Shown: positions 34,215-45,788, counted from the stretch's first letter. The stretch is DNA of 64,000 nucleotides from an uncultured Porphyromonadaceae bacterium (GCA_900538705.1 UPZG01000008.1:10585-74584), one strand, 5' to 3'. Numbers and translations: made by a program. Notes: generated by a model not told the origin, from the letters alone.

Positions 34215-34246
34215 CAAAAGTACGGTTCTTTGGTGTAATAAACAAT
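34215..34246 (-). promoter_or_regulatory. Putative tyrS promoter (ATTG-N20-TACTTTTG)
   Basis: CAAAAGTA at 34215-34222 is TACTTTTG on the minus strand, 27 nt before the ATG at 34187. The -33 element matches 3 of 4. Confidence 0.4.
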
Positions 34247-34881
34247 TATATTTTCGAGAAAAACACTTCCTTCATGCGCCGTTCTATGGATGCTCGCAGT
34301 ATGGTCGTAGCGCAAGGATACTTTTCTGCTATATGTGTGAGAAGGGTATCGTCGGGAAGGAGGCTTTCGTCGCTTTCTATCCACAAGCGGTCGAGAGGTG
34401 TCGCTTGCAGGGCTGCGAGTTGATATTTTTCTCCGTATGATAGGTCATAACCGGCAGCTATAAGTTGATGGGCTGTTGCGGCGTTGCCTCTAAATCCATG
34501 TATAATCCATTTTTGGCTGGGTCGCATCCTTTTATATACGCCAAGGAGTAGGTCGAAAGCTCTCACAACATGTAATATCAGCGGCTTTTGTAGCGTTTCT
34601 GACAGACGTATGTGGGTAATAAGAATTTCGATTTGTCGCTTTACGGGCGCTCCATGAAGGCGGTCTATTCCGCATTCGCCTATGGCAACGACTTGTGGAT
34701 GGGACGCGATTTGTGTCAGCATATCCATGTCGTAAGTTTCTGCTGTTGCACTTTGCCACGGGTGTATACCTACAGAATAGTACCGGTACGGTTGGGGCGA
34801 AAATTCATGTGGCGATACCGATATAATGGCGAGCTTATGTAGCTCGGGCTGGTGGGTATGTATGTCGACAGGAATAGTCAT
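34246..34881 (-). CDS. TatD-family metal-dependent hydrolase
   Basis: 211-aa ORF with motifs [14 protein letters not shown] and PLILHVV. It overlaps yidD by 4 nt. Confidence 0.8.
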   Translation of the reverse strand: MTIPVDIHTHQPELHKLAIISVSPHEFSPQPYRYYSVGIHPWQSATAETYDMDMLTQIASHPQVVAIGECGIDRLHGAPVKRQIEILITHIRLSETLQKPLILHVVRAFDLLLGVYKRMRPSQKWIIHGFRGNAATAHQLIAAGYDLSYGEKYQLAALQATPLDRLWIESDESLLPDDTLLTHIAEKYPCATTILRASIERRMKEVFFSKI

Positions 34882-35099
34882 GGTACTGGGTCGTAACCGC
34901 TACCACCCCAAGGATGGCAGCGACAAAGACGCTTGATGGCGAGCCATAACCCTTTCAGCGGGCCGTATTTTTTCAGGGCTTCTACGGCATATTGCGAACA
35001 AGTAGGGGTGAAGCGACACACTGGTGGAAACAGCGGCGATATACAACGCTGGTAAAAGTAGATGGGGAGCAACAACAGTAGAGTAATCACTTTTTTCAT
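34878..35099 (-). CDS. yidD: Membrane protein insertion efficiency factor YidD
   Basis: 73-aa ORF containing [46 protein letters not shown]. Confidence 0.9.
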   Translation of the reverse strand: MKKVITLLLLLPIYFYQRCISPLFPPVCRFTPTCSQYAVEALKKYGPLKGLWLAIKRLCRCHPWGGSGYDPVP

Positions 35100-35497
35100 G
35101 ATTGCATCGTGTCGTGTTTATCGTGTGATTTTATCGCTTCAGCAAGTCTTTCAAGAGCCTCTTTCATGCGATGTTCTATGACGGAAAACTCTTTTTTTTC
35201 GCTACCAATGTATAGAAAGGCGATATCGGCTGCTACGTTTTCGCTTGCAGGCAGTATGGCTTTGTTCAAGCGGTATGCTTCGCGGATGCGACGGCGTAGC
35301 CATACTCGTTTTACGGCTCTCTTAAATCGTTTTTTGGGGACGTTGATAAAGAATTGGTGACTCTCTGTTTCGTGATTCTTATCGTGTATATGGTACACTA
35401 TCCGTAGCGGGTATGCGACGAAAGCCTGCCCTTTGTGAAAGAGCTGGTTTATTTTGGTGCGACTGCACAATTTGTCGGCTTTCGATAGTTGTAACAT
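35096..35497 (-). CDS. rnpA: Ribonuclease P protein component
   Basis: ORF track 35096..35524; the ATG at 35497 ([10 protein letters not shown]...) is preferred because the longer form runs into the upstream hairpin. The basic RNR-type motif is [16 protein letters not shown]. Confidence 0.8.
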   Translation of the reverse strand: MLQLSKADKLCSRTKINQLFHKGQAFVAYPLRIVYHIHDKNHETESHQFFINVPKKRFKRAVKRVWLRRRIREAYRLNKAILPASENVAADIAFLYIGSEKKEFSVIEHRMKEALERLAEAIKSHDKHDTMQS

Positions 35498-35517
35498 ATA
35501 TGTCGTCTTTTGTAAAA

Positions 35518-35559
35518 CTTGCAAGTAGCAACTATGAAGACATAATTGCTACTTGCAAG
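35518..35559 (-). terminator. Strong hairpin between hemD and rnpA
   Basis: CTTGCAAGTAGCAA-(14 nt)-TTGCTACTTGCAAG is a perfect 14-bp stem. The minus-strand tail is TTTTACAAAAG. Confidence 0.6.
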
Positions 35560-35589
35560 CGTATGATGAGAACCTCGCAATAGAGGGGG

Positions 35590-36339
35590 TTATTTCTTTT
35601 TGTTTTGTCCTTTGAGGAAGAGGTCGAGAGCCGTTGTCATAGATGGCGCTTCAGGCGATGGCGCTTCTACATCGAGACGGAAACCGGCATCGCGTATAGC
35701 TTTGGCTGTGGTAGGTCCGAAACATCCTATCTTTATCTCTTTTTGCTCGAAGTTAGGGAAGTTCTTCATTAACGATGCTATACCCGAAGGGCTGAAGAAT
35801 ACGAGCATATCATAATCGAAGGCTTCGTCGGGAGCAAAATCATTACTTACAGTGCGGTACATAACGGCTTTTGTGTAGTTGATTTTGTTCTTTTCGAGCA
35901 GCGACATATCGTCCTTGTGGACGTCGGAAACAGGAAATAGGAATTTCTCACCCGAATGTTTGACAAGTTTGTCCATCAGGTCTTCCAAGTGGTTTGATTT
36001 TCCGAAAAATATTTTCCGTTTTCTGTACACGATATATTTTTGCAGGTACAGAGCTATTGACTCTGTAGTACAAAAGTATTTCATCGTGTCAGGAATGGTG
36101 ACGCGCAACTCTTTACATAGTCTGAAGAAATGGTCTATCGCCGTCCGCGCCGTAAAAATAACGGCGGTATATTCGGGTATTGATATTTTTTGTTGCCGAA
36201 ATTCTTTCGATGTCAAACCTTCCACTTTGATAAACGGGCGGAAGACTACGTCAACGCCATATTTCTGGGCGATATCGAAATAAGGCGATTTTTCGCTGGT
36301 AGGTTGCGGCTGAGATATTAATATCTTCTTGACTTTCAA
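35590..36339 (-). CDS. hemD: Uroporphyrinogen-III synthase (HemD-like)
   Basis: 249-aa ORF beginning KILISQPQPTSEKSPYFDIAQKYGVDVVFRPFIKVE...AVIFTARTAIDHFF, the pattern typical of the Bacteroidota HemD family. It sits next to a DUF4271-type gene, as usual in this phylum. Confidence 0.7.
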   Translation of the reverse strand: MKVKKILISQPQPTSEKSPYFDIAQKYGVDVVFRPFIKVEGLTSKEFRQQKISIPEYTAVIFTARTAIDHFFRLCKELRVTIPDTMKYFCTTESIALYLQKYIVYRKRKIFFGKSNHLEDLMDKLVKHSGEKFLFPVSDVHKDDMSLLEKNKINYTKAVMYRTVSNDFAPDEAFDYDMLVFFSPSGIASLMKNFPNFEQKEIKIGCFGPTTAKAIRDAGFRLDVEAPSPEAPSMTTALDLFLKGQNKKK

Positions 36340-36341
36340 GG

Positions 36342-37244
36342 CTACAACAAATTTAATTCTACAAATTGGTGTATTAACGGAATAGCTTTATTTATGACTA
36401 AAAGAGGGGCTATTTCGAGTGCACAAAGGTACAAAATTATATAGAGTATCTCGAAGTTAAGCGGTAAAAAAATTCTAATGCCCATTATCACAATAATCAA
36501 TCTTGCTGTTGCATATAGCAAAATACATGCCCACAGAGCCTCGTAGGTGTATTCTGGTATAAAGATCATGGTAAGGACTGCGGGCGTAAGAAATAATCCT
36601 ATAATAAGATGTACCGATACAAAACTTTCGTTAAACAGTGCGGCGTGTGTCTTGTCGGCGAAGGTATAGCCCAGCACTGCATATATGCCTCTTTGCAAAA
36701 GATAATATATGCAGCATAGTAGTGTACAGGCTATGAGTAGGGGTAATACTGCTGTCTGTGTGTAGACAGTTGGCTGTAACAGACCATGGTATAGAGCCAG
36801 ACCTTCGGTAAAGAAGGTGAGCGAGAGGAGTGCTATACGCATTTGAGTTTCGTTGATGGTTGTGTCATCGAAGATGCTGTTGCGACGCTTGGTCTTGAAA
36901 AGAGCTCCGAACACATGAATCAGATATTTTGCACCTCGTTTATATGACAGGGCAACGATTATGAAGATAGCTATCAGGAGTAGTGCTACTCCCGGGTCGG
37001 CAGCTACTGAGACTGGCAATTCTTTTCCCTGGTGGCGGGTTATGGTAGTGCCCAGCTCGCTCATTTCGGTATGATAGCGGTATGTAGCAGGTATTGAGTC
37101 GGCTTTATGAAGCAAGAAAAGGGGTACGTCGGCATAGGAAGGTTCTTGTGACTGTTGTATAGCCACAGTATCTTCTGTTGTGATTGAGAGAGTATCTATG
37201 CCGGTAATGTTTGTGCCGGTGGTAATGATGCTGTCGTTGCTCAT
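36342..37244 (-). CDS. DUF4271-like multi-pass membrane protein
   Basis: 300-aa ORF with a polar N-terminal ~85 aa followed by 6 hydrophobic segments. Its position immediately upstream of hemD is conserved. Confidence 0.65.
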   Translation of the reverse strand: MSNDSIITTGTNITGIDTLSITTEDTVAIQQSQEPSYADVPLFLLHKADSIPATYRYHTEMSELGTTITRHQGKELPVSVAADPGVALLLIAIFIIVALSYKRGAKYLIHVFGALFKTKRRNSIFDDTTINETQMRIALLSLTFFTEGLALYHGLLQPTVYTQTAVLPLLIACTLLCCIYYLLQRGIYAVLGYTFADKTHAALFNESFVSVHLIIGLFLTPAVLTMIFIPEYTYEALWACILLYATARLIIVIMGIRIFLPLNFEILYIILYLCALEIAPLLVINKAIPLIHQFVELNLL

Positions 37245-37259
37245 AAGCCTTGGCTTTTA

Positions 37260-37838
37260 TTAGAATTTCGAGAGCTTATTATCCCATTCTGGTAAGCTCT
37301 GTACGGCAGCTATGGCCTCTTGTGGTGTGCTGGCAACATGCCATAGTTTACTGTGTATATCTCGCATGAAGTGGTTGTCTATGGCATTTTGCAGCATCTC
37401 TATCAGTGGATTATAATAACCGTTGGTATTCAACAAGACGATGGGGTGGGTATAGAGGCCTAATTGTTTCCATGTTATTATCTCCATCAGCTCCTCTATT
37501 GTACCGCAACCACCCGGCAGTGCAATTGTCGCATCACCTTTCTGGGCCATCGTAGTTTTGCGTTGATGCATTGTATCGGTAACTATAACCTCTGTAAGAG
37601 TCGGATGACACCACCCTCGTTCTACCATGAAACGGGGTATTACGCCTATGACTTTGCCGTTATTGTGAAGCATTGTATCGGCAAGGCATCCCATGAGTCC
37701 CTGTGCTCCGGCTCCATATATGCAATTCATGCCGTTTGCCGCCATTAAGAGGGCCAGTTCTTTTGTCGCATCGAAAAAGTCTTGACTTATGGTAGCGCTC
37801 GAAGCACAGTAAACAGTTATATTTTTTCTTTCTTTCAT
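37260..37838 (-). CDS. LOG-family protein (TIGR00730-type nucleotide phosphoribohydrolase)
   Basis: 192-aa ORF with the PGGCGTIEELMEIITWKQLG motif and GAGAQGLMG. Confidence 0.85.
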   Translation of the reverse strand: MKERKNITVYCASSATISQDFFDATKELALLMAANGMNCIYGAGAQGLMGCLADTMLHNNGKVIGVIPRFMVERGWCHPTLTEVIVTDTMHQRKTTMAQKGDATIALPGGCGTIEELMEIITWKQLGLYTHPIVLLNTNGYYNPLIEMLQNAIDNHFMRDIHSKLWHVASTPQEAIAAVQSLPEWDNKLSKF

Positions 37839-37895
37839 TGAACTTTTGCTTGCGGTAAAGGGTTGGTGTGGTAGAGAGGACGCAAGACCGTTGTT

Positions 37896-38906
37896 TTATA
37901 GCCATCGGTGGGCCTTGTACCATGCAATGGATTCTTGTATACCCTCTTTGAGTGAATATTGAGGTGTAAATCCCAATTCTTGTTTCGCCTCTGATATGTC
38001 ACATAGCCAATTACGTTGGCACATGATGTGGTATTTGTCGCGATTGAGGGTGCTGGTTTTCCCCATCTTTCCGGCAACCCACTCTGCTATGGCCGAGATA
38101 ATCCACAGTGCCCAACAGGGAACTATCACCGGTAGTACAAAGTGCTTGTGAAGCGCTTGTGCTACGTAGTGCCTGAATTCTCCGGCCGAATAGGCGCGGT
38201 CTTCCGACAGAAAATATCCTTTACGGGATATGGGGCTTTCTAAAGCGGCAAATATAGCATTTACCAAATCTTTTATATAGATAAACGTGAGTAGCTGCTT
38301 GCGATAGCCCACACCGAAGTCTATACCGTATTTGATACTCTTAAACATGAGGTAGTAGTCTTTCTCCCGTGGGCCGTACACACCGGTTGGTCGTAGAGCA
38401 ATGTAGGGAAATCCTGCCACCGATTGGAGAAAAAGTTCTGAACGCAATTTGCTTTGTCCATAGCGTGTGTTGGGATGAGGGGTGTCGGTTGGACGTATAG
38501 GCGTGTAGTTTTTTTCGTCGCCCATACCCCATGCTCCGAGGCTGCTCATGTAGACAAATTTGTCGGGTACCATATCACAAGCGGTCAAGGCCTCTACAAA
38601 GTTACGCAGGAAGCCATAGTTGATTCTGTCGAAATCGTCGGGGTTTTTGCTCTTTGTGACGCCAAGGTTGTGAACGATATAATCCCATCGCCCAATCTTG
38701 CTTTTCAACTCTTGCAATTGTTCTTTCAAATGAGCTGAATTGCCAAAGTCGAGGTTGACAAATTGGATACGGTTGTCTTGCAGGTATTCGCGTGAAGTAC
38801 TGGTCCGCACACCTGCCCACGTTTCATAATTACGCTCTAGAGCAGCTTCTACGACATAACCGCCAATGAAGCCGCCAGCTCCGGTTACCAATATTTTGTG
38901 AGACAT
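37896..38906 (-). CDS. NAD-dependent epimerase/dehydratase family protein
   Basis: 336-aa ORF with the Rossmann motif ILVTGAGGFIGGYV and catalytic YxxxK (RYGQSK). Confidence 0.8.
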   Translation of the reverse strand: MSHKILVTGAGGFIGGYVVEAALERNYETWAGVRTSTSREYLQDNRIQFVNLDFGNSAHLKEQLQELKSKIGRWDYIVHNLGVTKSKNPDDFDRINYGFLRNFVEALTACDMVPDKFVYMSSLGAWGMGDEKNYTPIRPTDTPHPNTRYGQSKLRSELFLQSVAGFPYIALRPTGVYGPREKDYYLMFKSIKYGIDFGVGYRKQLLTFIYIKDLVNAIFAALESPISRKGYFLSEDRAYSAGEFRHYVAQALHKHFVLPVIVPCWALWIISAIAEWVAGKMGKTSTLNRDKYHIMCQRNWLCDISEAKQELGFTPQYSLKEGIQESIAWYKAHRWL

Positions 38907-38927
38907 GGATAGCTCTTTTTAGAGCGT

Positions 38928-38935
38928 CAAAGATA
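38928..38935 (-). promoter_or_regulatory. Putative -7 box (TATCTTTG) for the epimerase-LOG-DUF4271-hemD string
   Basis: CAAAGATA on the plus strand, 21 nt upstream of the ATG at 38906. No correctly spaced -33 element. Confidence 0.45.
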
Positions 38936-39039
38936 CGCATTTTTTGTCAAAGCCGGCTCTTTGAGCGATGAATAAGGTTACTCGGAGACGGTAAGTAGCA
39001 AAAAGACAAACAATAAAGAAAATTTTCCGTAATCACTTG

Positions 39040-39067
39040 TTTGTTTAAGGTGAAAGACTTAATTTTG
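39040..39067 (+). promoter_or_regulatory. Putative frd operon promoter (TAATTTTG -7 box)
   Basis: TAATTTTG at 39060-39067 matches TAnnTTTG. Upstream TTTG (39040-39043) is 16 nt away and CTTG (39036-39039) is 20 nt away. Confidence 0.35.
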
Positions 39068-39124
39068 CCGAAAGTTGAAAGTGATGATAACATACAACAA
39101 TAATAACTTAAATTTCAAACTCTT

Positions 39125-39814
39125 ATGTGGTTAACAAATTCGTCCATAGGACGTAAGGTAGTCATGAGTATCTCAGGACTTTTCCTCGTCCTATTCCTGA
39201 CCTTTCACATGTGCATGAACATTGCCCTTGTGTTCTCGGAAGATGCGTATAATGCTGTATGTAAATTCTTGGGAGCCAACTGGTATGCACTTGTCGGCAC
39301 GCTGGTGCTCGCCGCCGGATTTCTTGTTCACATTATCTATGCATTGTGGCTGACGCTGCAAAACCGCAGAGCTCGTGGTACCGACCGTTATGCCGTAGAT
39401 GTTCGTCCCGACACAGTAGAGTGGTCGTCGCAGAACATGTTTGTACTGGGTCTCATTGTGATACTCTTTTTGGTACTTCACATGGCACAGTTCTGGTTCA
39501 AGATGCAGCTTAACGAGATTGCAGGAGTCGCTCCCGGCATCAATCCACATGATGGGGCTACGCTGGTAATTGAGGTGTTCAGCTGTCCTTGGATGGTACT
39601 GCTCTACCTGGTATGGTTCTTTGCTTTGTGGTTCCACCTTACGCACGGCTTCTGGAGCGCTATGCAGACGATAGGAATCAACAACAAAATCTGGTTCAAT
39701 CGTTGGAAAACCATAGGCAACATTTATGTTACAATACTTTGCCTCGGTTTTGCATTTGTGGCTATCGCCATTTACATCAAATATGGCCTTATGGGCGCGG
39801 GTGGCGTTTGCTAA
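39125..39814 (+). CDS. frdC: Fumarate reductase/succinate dehydrogenase cytochrome b subunit
   Basis: 229-aa ORF with five hydrophobic helices carrying conserved His (FHMCMN, VLHMAQF, WFHLTHGFWS). First gene of the three-gene operon. Confidence 0.85.
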   Translation: MWLTNSSIGRKVVMSISGLFLVLFLTFHMCMNIALVFSEDAYNAVCKFLGANWYALVGTLVLAAGFLVHIIYALWLTLQNRRARGTDRYAVDVRPDTVEWSSQNMFVLGLIVILFLVLHMAQFWFKMQLNEIAGVAPGINPHDGATLVIEVFSCPWMVLLYLVWFFALWFHLTHGFWSAMQTIGINNKIWFNRWKTIGNIYVTILCLGFAFVAIAIYIKYGLMGAGGVC

Positions 39815-39840
39815 TTAGTTAATCTGTAAAAAACACTATT

Positions 39841-41784
39841 ATGACAAAGTTAGATTCTAAAATACCCGAAGGTCCCTTATCGGAAAAATGGACTAATTAC
39901 AAAGCGCATCAGAAACTGGTTAACCCTGCCAATAAACGTCGTCTCGACATTATCGTTGTCGGTACCGGTTTGGCCGGTGGATCGGCAGCTGCCACGTTGG
40001 GTGAGCTTGGTTTCAAAGTTATAAACTTCTGTATCCAAGATTCTCCCCGTCGTGCTCACTCTATCGCCGCACAAGGTGGTATCAATGCAGCTAAGAACTA
40101 TCAAAACGATGGAGACTCGGTATATCGTCTTTTTTACGATACTATCAAAGGTGGCGACTATCGTGCTCGTGAGGCCAATGTCTACCGTCTGGCCGAGGTG
40201 TCGAACAATATCATAGACCAATGTGTAGCACAAGGTGTTCCTTTCGCTCGCGAATATGGCGGCTTGTTGGATAACCGCTCTTTTGGAGGTGCTCAGGTTT
40301 CGCGTACTTTCTACGCTAAAGGACAAACCGGACAACAACTTTTGCTGGGCGCTTACTCTTCGTTGAGCCGTCAGGTGAAGAAGGGTAATGTTGTATTGAA
40401 AACCCGTTATGAGATGCTCGACCTTGTTATTATTGATGGTCGTGCTCGTGGCGTTATCGTTCGTAACCTTGTTACCGGCGAGTTGGAGCGCTATTCGGCT
40501 CACGCAGTTGTTGTAGCTACCGGTGGTTATGGAAACGTATATTTCCTCTCTACCAATGCTATGGCTTCTAACGGCTCTGTGGCTGTTCAGTGCTATCGTA
40601 AAGGTGCCTATTTTGCTAATCCTGCTTTTGCTCAGATTCACCCTACATGTATTCCAGTTCATGGCGAATATCAGTCGAAGTTGACTCTTATGTCGGAGTC
40701 GCTGCGTAATGATGGCCGTATATGGGTACCTAAGAAGAAAGAGGATGCTGAGGCTATTCGTCAAGGTAAGCTCAAACCTACACAAATCAAAGAAGAAGAC
40801 CGCGACTACTATTTGGAGCGCCGTTATCCGGCATTTGGTAACCTCGTGCCTCGTGACGTTGCATCGCGTGCTGCCAAAGAGCGTTGCGATGCAGGTTATG
40901 GTGTAGGTCCTACAGGTCTGGCCGTATATCTTGATTTCAGTGAGGCAATACAACGCTTGGGTCGTGAGGCTGTAGAGGCTCGTTATGGAAACCTCTTCCA
41001 AATGTATGAGAAGATAGTTGATGAGAATCCTTACGAAACTCCTATGATGATATTCCCAGCTTCGCACTATACGATGGGTGGTCTGTGGGTTGACTATGAG
41101 TTGATGACTACTATCCCCGGACTTTTTGCTATAGGTGAAGCTAACTTCTCGGACCACGGAGCCAACCGCCTGGGTGCTTCGGCCTTGATGCAGGGTTTGG
41201 CCGATGGCTATTTTGTATTGCCCTATACAATACAAAACTACCTCTCAGACCAAATACAAGTACCTCGTTTCAGTACCGACCTTCCTGAATTTGAAGAGGC
41301 TGAAAAGGGCGTAAGAGCACGTATCAAACGCCTTATGGACATCAAGGGACACCGTTCGGTCGACTCTATCCATAAAGAGCTCGGTCACATCATGTGGAAC
41401 TACGTGGGTATGGGTCGTAACAAGGCCGGTCTTGAGACTGCTATCAAGAAAATCGATGAACTCAAGAAAGTATTCTATTCAGACCTTCGCATTCCGGGCG
41501 AAGCCAATACGCTTAATGTAGAACTTGAAAAAGCTCTCCGTCTTGAAGATTTCTTGGTAATAGGCAAGCTGATGGCTTACGATGCCCTTAACCGTGAAGA
41601 ATCTTGTGGTGGCCACTTCCGCGAAGAATATCAAACCCCCGATGGTGAGGCACAACGCAACGATAAAGATTATATGTACGTTAGTTGCTGGAAATACGAA
41701 GGAGAGGGTAATAAGCCCGAACTCTTCAAAGAGGAGCTGCACTATGAGGCTATAAAGGTTCAGCAACGTAATTATAAACAATAA
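39841..41784 (+). CDS. frdA: Fumarate reductase/succinate dehydrogenase flavoprotein subunit
   Basis: 647-aa ORF with FAD fold [15 protein letters not shown], the [10 protein letters not shown] motif and HPTCIP. Confidence 0.95.
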   Translation: MTKLDSKIPEGPLSEKWTNYKAHQKLVNPANKRRLDIIVVGTGLAGGSAAATLGELGFKVINFCIQDSPRRAHSIAAQGGINAAKNYQNDGDSVYRLFYDTIKGGDYRAREANVYRLAEVSNNIIDQCVAQGVPFAREYGGLLDNRSFGGAQVSRTFYAKGQTGQQLLLGAYSSLSRQVKKGNVVLKTRYEMLDLVIIDGRARGVIVRNLVTGELERYSAHAVVVATGGYGNVYFLSTNAMASNGSVAVQCYRKGAYFANPAFAQIHPTCIPVHGEYQSKLTLMSESLRNDGRIWVPKKKEDAEAIRQGKLKPTQIKEEDRDYYLERRYPAFGNLVPRDVASRAAKERCDAGYGVGPTGLAVYLDFSEAIQRLGREAVEARYGNLFQMYEKIVDENPYETPMMIFPASHYTMGGLWVDYELMTTIPGLFAIGEANFSDHGANRLGASALMQGLADGYFVLPYTIQNYLSDQIQVPRFSTDLPEFEEAEKGVRARIKRLMDIKGHRSVDSIHKELGHIMWNYVGMGRNKAGLETAIKKIDELKKVFYSDLRIPGEANTLNVELEKALRLEDFLVIGKLMAYDALNREESCGGHFREEYQTPDGEAQRNDKDYMYVSCWKYEGEGNKPELFKEELHYEAIKVQQRNYKQ

Positions 41785-41811
41785 TCCGGGAACGGTACAA
41801 CAATTACAATC

Positions 41812-42567
41812 ATGGATAAAACGATAGATATAACATTAAAAATATGGCGGCAACATGACCGCAAGGCCAAAGGTGCTTTTGAAACCTACAGCCTTAAAGG
41901 CATTTCGACCGACAGCTCGTTCCTTGAAATGCTCGATGTGCTCAACGAACAACTTATCAACGAAGGCAAAGAACCCGTGGTGTTCGACCACGACTGCCGC
42001 GAGGGTATCTGCGGTATGTGTTCGCTCTATATCAATGGCCACCCTCATGGTCCCGACACAGCTGTAACGACTTGCCAATTGCATATGCGTAAGTTCCATA
42101 ATGGTGATGTCATCACTATTGAGCCGTGGCGTTCGGCCGGTTTCCCGGTTATTCGCGACTTGATGGTTGACCGTACGGCTTTCGACCAAATTATGCAAGC
42201 CGGTGGCTATATCTCGGTTAACTGTGGTGGTGCTCAAGATGCCAATGCCGTGCGCATTCCCAAGAAAGATGCCGATGAGGCTATGGACTCGGCTTCTTGT
42301 ATAGGTTGTGGCGCATGTGTGGCTGCATGTAAGAACGGCTCGGCTATGCTCTTCGTGTCGGCTAAGGTAAGCCAGTTTGCCCTCCTGCCTCAAGGCCGTG
42401 TAGAGGCTGCTCGCCGTGCCCGTGCTATGGTAGCCAAGATGGATGAGCTGGGATTTGGTAACTGCACCAATACCGGAGCTTGTGCTGCCGAGTGTCCCAA
42501 GAGTATTTCGCTCTCGAACATAGCACGTCTTAATCGCGAGTTTATCAAAGCTAAACTCAAAGATTAA
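41812..42567 (+). CDS. frdB: Fumarate reductase/succinate dehydrogenase iron-sulfur subunit
   Basis: 251-aa ORF with Cys clusters [21 protein letters not shown] and [12 protein letters not shown]. Confidence 0.95.
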   Translation: MDKTIDITLKIWRQHDRKAKGAFETYSLKGISTDSSFLEMLDVLNEQLINEGKEPVVFDHDCREGICGMCSLYINGHPHGPDTAVTTCQLHMRKFHNGDVITIEPWRSAGFPVIRDLMVDRTAFDQIMQAGGYISVNCGGAQDANAVRIPKKDADEAMDSASCIGCGACVAACKNGSAMLFVSAKVSQFALLPQGRVEAARRARAMVAKMDELGFGNCTNTGACAAECPKSISLSNIARLNREFIKAKLKD

Positions 42568-42589
42568 TGCCTTTGTATTTTATCTAAAA

Positions 42590-42626
42590 GAGAGCGGCTA
42601 CAAAACTTGTAGCCGCTCTCTTTTTG
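42590..42626 (+). terminator. Rho-independent terminator of the frd operon
   Basis: GAGAGCGGCTACA-aaact-TGTAGCCGCTCTC is a 13-bp stem followed by TTTTT. Confidence 0.8.
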
Positions 42627-42711
42627 TAATGATAGAGATATACTTTGTTTTCTTGTAAAGAGGAGTAGAGAGCACTCAATCGTTTGTACTTTTCTCTTCT
42701 GGTATATTGTC

Positions 42712-42764
42712 TAAAAGCCACCGAGAGAATGACTAGAATAGCTCTTAGTTATCCTCTCGGTGGC
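42712..42764 (-). terminator. Terminator of queA
   Basis: GCCACCGAGAG...CTCTCGGTGGC is an 11-bp stem. The minus-strand tail is TTTTAG. Confidence 0.6.
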
Positions 42765-42822
42765 TTAGTTTCTTTAGTGCCCTTAATTTTATAAGGGCTG
42801 TTAGATGCAGGCCTGTTTATGA

Positions 42823-43872
42823 TTACAAAATGAGCATGGCGTCGCCGTATGCACCAAAGCGATATTTTTCACGAATGGCTTCGTCGTATGCCTCAAAAAC
42901 GAGGTCGTAGCCGCCAAAGGCTGCTACCATCATGAGCATGGTTGAGTAGGGTAAGTGGAAGTTAGATACCATGCTGGTGGCCACAGTAAAATCGTAGGGC
43001 GGGAAGATAAATTTGTTGGTCCATCCATCGAATGCTTTGATGTGGCCATTGGTGCTGACAGCACTTTCTAATGCCCGCATGACAGATGTGCCAATGGCGC
43101 ATACTTTGTGCCCTTCGTCTTTAGTATTGTTCAATTGCTCTACAAACTCGGGTGTGACAATAAGCTGCTCCGAGTCCATTTTGTGCTTGGTGAGGTCTTC
43201 TACATCAATCTCTCGGAAATTACCTAAGCCCGAGTGCATGGTAATAAACCCGCTTTCGATGCCTTTTATTTCCATTCTCTTGAAGAGCTCACGGCTGAAG
43301 TGTAGCCCCGCTGCCGGTGTAACAACAGCACCTTCGTTGCGAGCAAAGATGCATTGATAGCGTTCGGCATCCTCTGGCTCTACAGGGCGCTTAATGTATG
43401 AAGGCAGAGGCGTTTCGCCTAGTTGGTATAGCGCTTCCTTGAACTCGTCATGAGGCCCGTCATACAAGAAACGTAAGGTACGGCCTCGAGAAGTGGTATT
43501 GTCGATAACCTCGGCCACCATCGAGTCGTCCTTGCCAAAGTATAGTTTATTTCCAATCCTTATTTTACGGGCGGGTTCTACCAGTACATCCCATAGACGG
43601 TTTTCCTCATTCAGTTCACGTAGTAAGAAAACCTCTATTTTTGCACCCGTTTTTTCTTTGTTCCCATAAAGCCGGGCTGGAAATACCTTAGTGTCGTTGA
43701 AGACAAAAAGGTCTTTGTCGTCAAAGTAATTGATGATTTCTTTAAAAATGTGGTGTTCAATAGTTCCGGTTTTTCGGTCTATCACCATCAATCTCGATTC
43801 ATCCCTGTTTTTAGCCGGATACAGGGCTATCAGTTCTTCCGGTAATTTGAATTTGAATTGCGAAAGTTTCAT
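42823..43872 (-). CDS. queA: S-adenosylmethionine:tRNA ribosyltransferase-isomerase
   Basis: 349-aa ORF beginning [30 protein letters not shown] and ending ...[12 protein letters not shown], a full-length QueA pattern. Confidence 0.95.
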   Translation of the reverse strand: MKLSQFKFKLPEELIALYPAKNRDESRLMVIDRKTGTIEHHIFKEIINYFDDKDLFVFNDTKVFPARLYGNKEKTGAKIEVFLLRELNEENRLWDVLVEPARKIRIGNKLYFGKDDSMVAEVIDNTTSRGRTLRFLYDGPHDEFKEALYQLGETPLPSYIKRPVEPEDAERYQCIFARNEGAVVTPAAGLHFSRELFKRMEIKGIESGFITMHSGLGNFREIDVEDLTKHKMDSEQLIVTPEFVEQLNNTKDEGHKVCAIGTSVMRALESAVSTNGHIKAFDGWTNKFIFPPYDFTVATSMVSNFHLPYSTMLMMVAAFGGYDLVFEAYDEAIREKYRFGAYGDAMLIL

Positions 43873-43895
43873 GTTCCTCCGTTTATCTTATGTTA

Positions 43896-44612
43896 TTAAT
43901 TCTCTTCGGTAACATCCTCGTCTTCGATGGTTGCCTCTCTGATGAGGCGGTCGGTTTCGTCGATGCTGAGGCAATCGTTTATTGTTACATCTCCTACGCG
44001 GGTTCTTTCGAGCGACGTCAGATGTGCTCCGCTTCCTAATGCTGAGCCTATGTCGCGAGCCAATGCCCTTATGTAGGTCCCTTTACTGCATACGACACGT
44101 ATGGTTGCCAAAGGAGGGTTAAAATCGAGTAACTCTATTTCGTCAATGACCAGCTCTTTGGCTTGCAGTTCTACCTCTTTTCCTTTGCGTGCCATCTTAT
44201 ATGCGCGAGTACCATCTACTTTACAGGCCGAGAAGGCCGGTGGTACCTGCTTGATTGACCCTTGAAAGAGAGTGAGCGTTTCTTCGATTTGTTGGCGTGT
44301 GATATGCTCGTAGGGGTAGGTGGCATCTACCTCGGTTTCCAAGTCGTACGACGGAGTGGTTGCTCCCAATTGTAAGGTTGCTACATACTCTTTAGTACCG
44401 GCTTGTAATCGCTCTATTTGTTTGGTAGCGCGCCCTGTACACACAATTATAACACCTGTGGCAAGAGGATCGAGAGTCCCGGCGTGTCCGACTTTTATTT
44501 TTTTGCGGTGCAAACGACGTAGTATCTGTATGCGTACTCGTTTGACAACGTCGAACGATGTCCAGTGCAGTGGTTTGTTAATATAGAATATCTCGCCTTC
44601 TGTAAAGTTCAT
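43896..44612 (-). CDS. truB: tRNA pseudouridine(55) synthase
   Basis: 238-aa ORF with the catalytic motif GHAGTLDPLATGV. Confidence 0.9.
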   Translation of the reverse strand: MNFTEGEIFYINKPLHWTSFDVVKRVRIQILRRLHRKKIKVGHAGTLDPLATGVIIVCTGRATKQIERLQAGTKEYVATLQLGATTPSYDLETEVDATYPYEHITRQQIEETLTLFQGSIKQVPPAFSACKVDGTRAYKMARKGKEVELQAKELVIDEIELLDFNPPLATIRVVCSKGTYIRALARDIGSALGSGAHLTSLERTRVGDVTINDCLSIDETDRLIREATIEDEDVTEEN

Positions 44613-44619
44613 ATGTGCA

Positions 44620-45426
44620 TCAAGATAGATAGTAGTAGAGTATGCAGAAAGCTGCGGCTGCTACACAGTAGATGGCAAAATATATGAGCTTGCCTCTTTT
44701 TACCAGGTTAATCATCCATTTACAAGCAATACATCCCGATATGAAGGCAGCCAAGAAGCCTATGATGAGTGTTGATATAGGTAAATCGTTGGCAATAGAA
44801 TCTCCGCTACCGCTAATCATTTTTATGATATCGAGTAAAGCTTCACCCAGGATGGGGGGAATAACCATCAAGAAAGAGAATTGTGCCATGTTTTCTTTCT
44901 TATTACCCAGTAACAATCCGGTAGCGATGGTTGACCCTGAGCGAGACAAACCTGGCATTACGGCACAAGCTTGAGCCAAACCTATGATGAATGCATCTTT
45001 GAGTGATATTTTTTCCTTCTGTCGGGGATGTGCGTAGTATGAAAAGGTAAGTAAAAGAGCTGTCAGTAGCAACATAATACCTACGATGAGAAGTCCTGAG
45101 CTGAAGATAGCTTCGACATAGTCTTTGAAAAACACGCCGACAATGCCGACAGGAATCATGGATACGATGATGTTGAGAATGTAACGAGTTTCATCATTCA
45201 TCTGGAATTTGAATAATCCCTTGAAAAGCCAGCTTACTTCTTTCCATAAGATGACCAATGTACTGAATACCGTGGCAATGTGTACAACGATAGTAAACGA
45301 TAAGTTTGCTTCGCTATCGACACCGAAAAGAGCCGAACCTATTGCCAAATGTCCGCTACTACTTACTGGAAGATATTCGGTAAGGCCTTGTACCAAACCT
45401 AATATAAGAGCTTCAAACCAAGTCAT
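44620..45426 (-). CDS. uppP: Undecaprenyl-diphosphate phosphatase
   Basis: ORF track 44620..45489; the ATG at 45426 gives [27 protein letters not shown], the canonical UppP N-terminus. [10 protein letters not shown] is also present. Confidence 0.9.
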   Translation of the reverse strand: MTWFEALILGLVQGLTEYLPVSSSGHLAIGSALFGVDSEANLSFTIVVHIATVFSTLVILWKEVSWLFKGLFKFQMNDETRYILNIIVSMIPVGIVGVFFKDYVEAIFSSGLLIVGIMLLLTALLLTFSYYAHPRQKEKISLKDAFIIGLAQACAVMPGLSRSGSTIATGLLLGNKKENMAQFSFLMVIPPILGEALLDIIKMISGSGDSIANDLPISTLIIGFLAAFISGCIACKWMINLVKRGKLIYFAIYCVAAAAFCILYYYLS

Positions 45427-45449
45427 ATTGTTCTTGTTTTTGTGGCGTA

Positions 45450-45788
45450 TTATTGTTTGGGTTTGCGTAGTATGGCAAAGAGCATACATACGAAGCCAAT
45501 AAATGCTATGGCCGGGGCTATTACGATGCGGCGAGTACTGAAGATGTCGGGGTTGTAGGTAGTTTCAGTTGTGCCACTGCCTATCATCAGTATAAATCCT
45601 ATGATAACAAGCAAGAACGATATGGCGATAAGCAGATAGTTTTGCTTACCTAATGCAAAATATTGTTTTGTCTGTGGTTGTGTGGCAGGATTATTGTTTG
45701 CTGTCTGTTTGTAATCGTTCGTTACATTTCCTGACGACATTCTCGAGGCCAACAGGTCTGCCGATACAGAGCTTTTTTTATTATTCAT
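45450..45788 (-). CDS. DUF3098-like small membrane protein
   Basis: ORF track 45450..45830; the ATG at 45788 (MNNKKSSVS...) lies after the ftsX stop. It has two C-terminal TM segments and sits in the conserved ftsX-uppP position. Confidence 0.6.
   Translation of the reverse strand: MNNKKSSVSADLLASRMSSGNVTNDYKQTANNNPATQPQTKQYFALGKQNYLLIAISFLLVIIGFILMIGSGTTETTYNPDIFSTRRIVIAPAIAFIGFVCMLFAILRKPKQ

Noticed and set aside
39877-41235. 452-aa antisense ORF inside frdA
   Set aside because: It is a shadow ORF on the opposite strand of an unmistakable flavoprotein gene, with no motifs and odd composition. The 185-aa ORF antisense to frdB (41836..42393) is rejected for the same reason.
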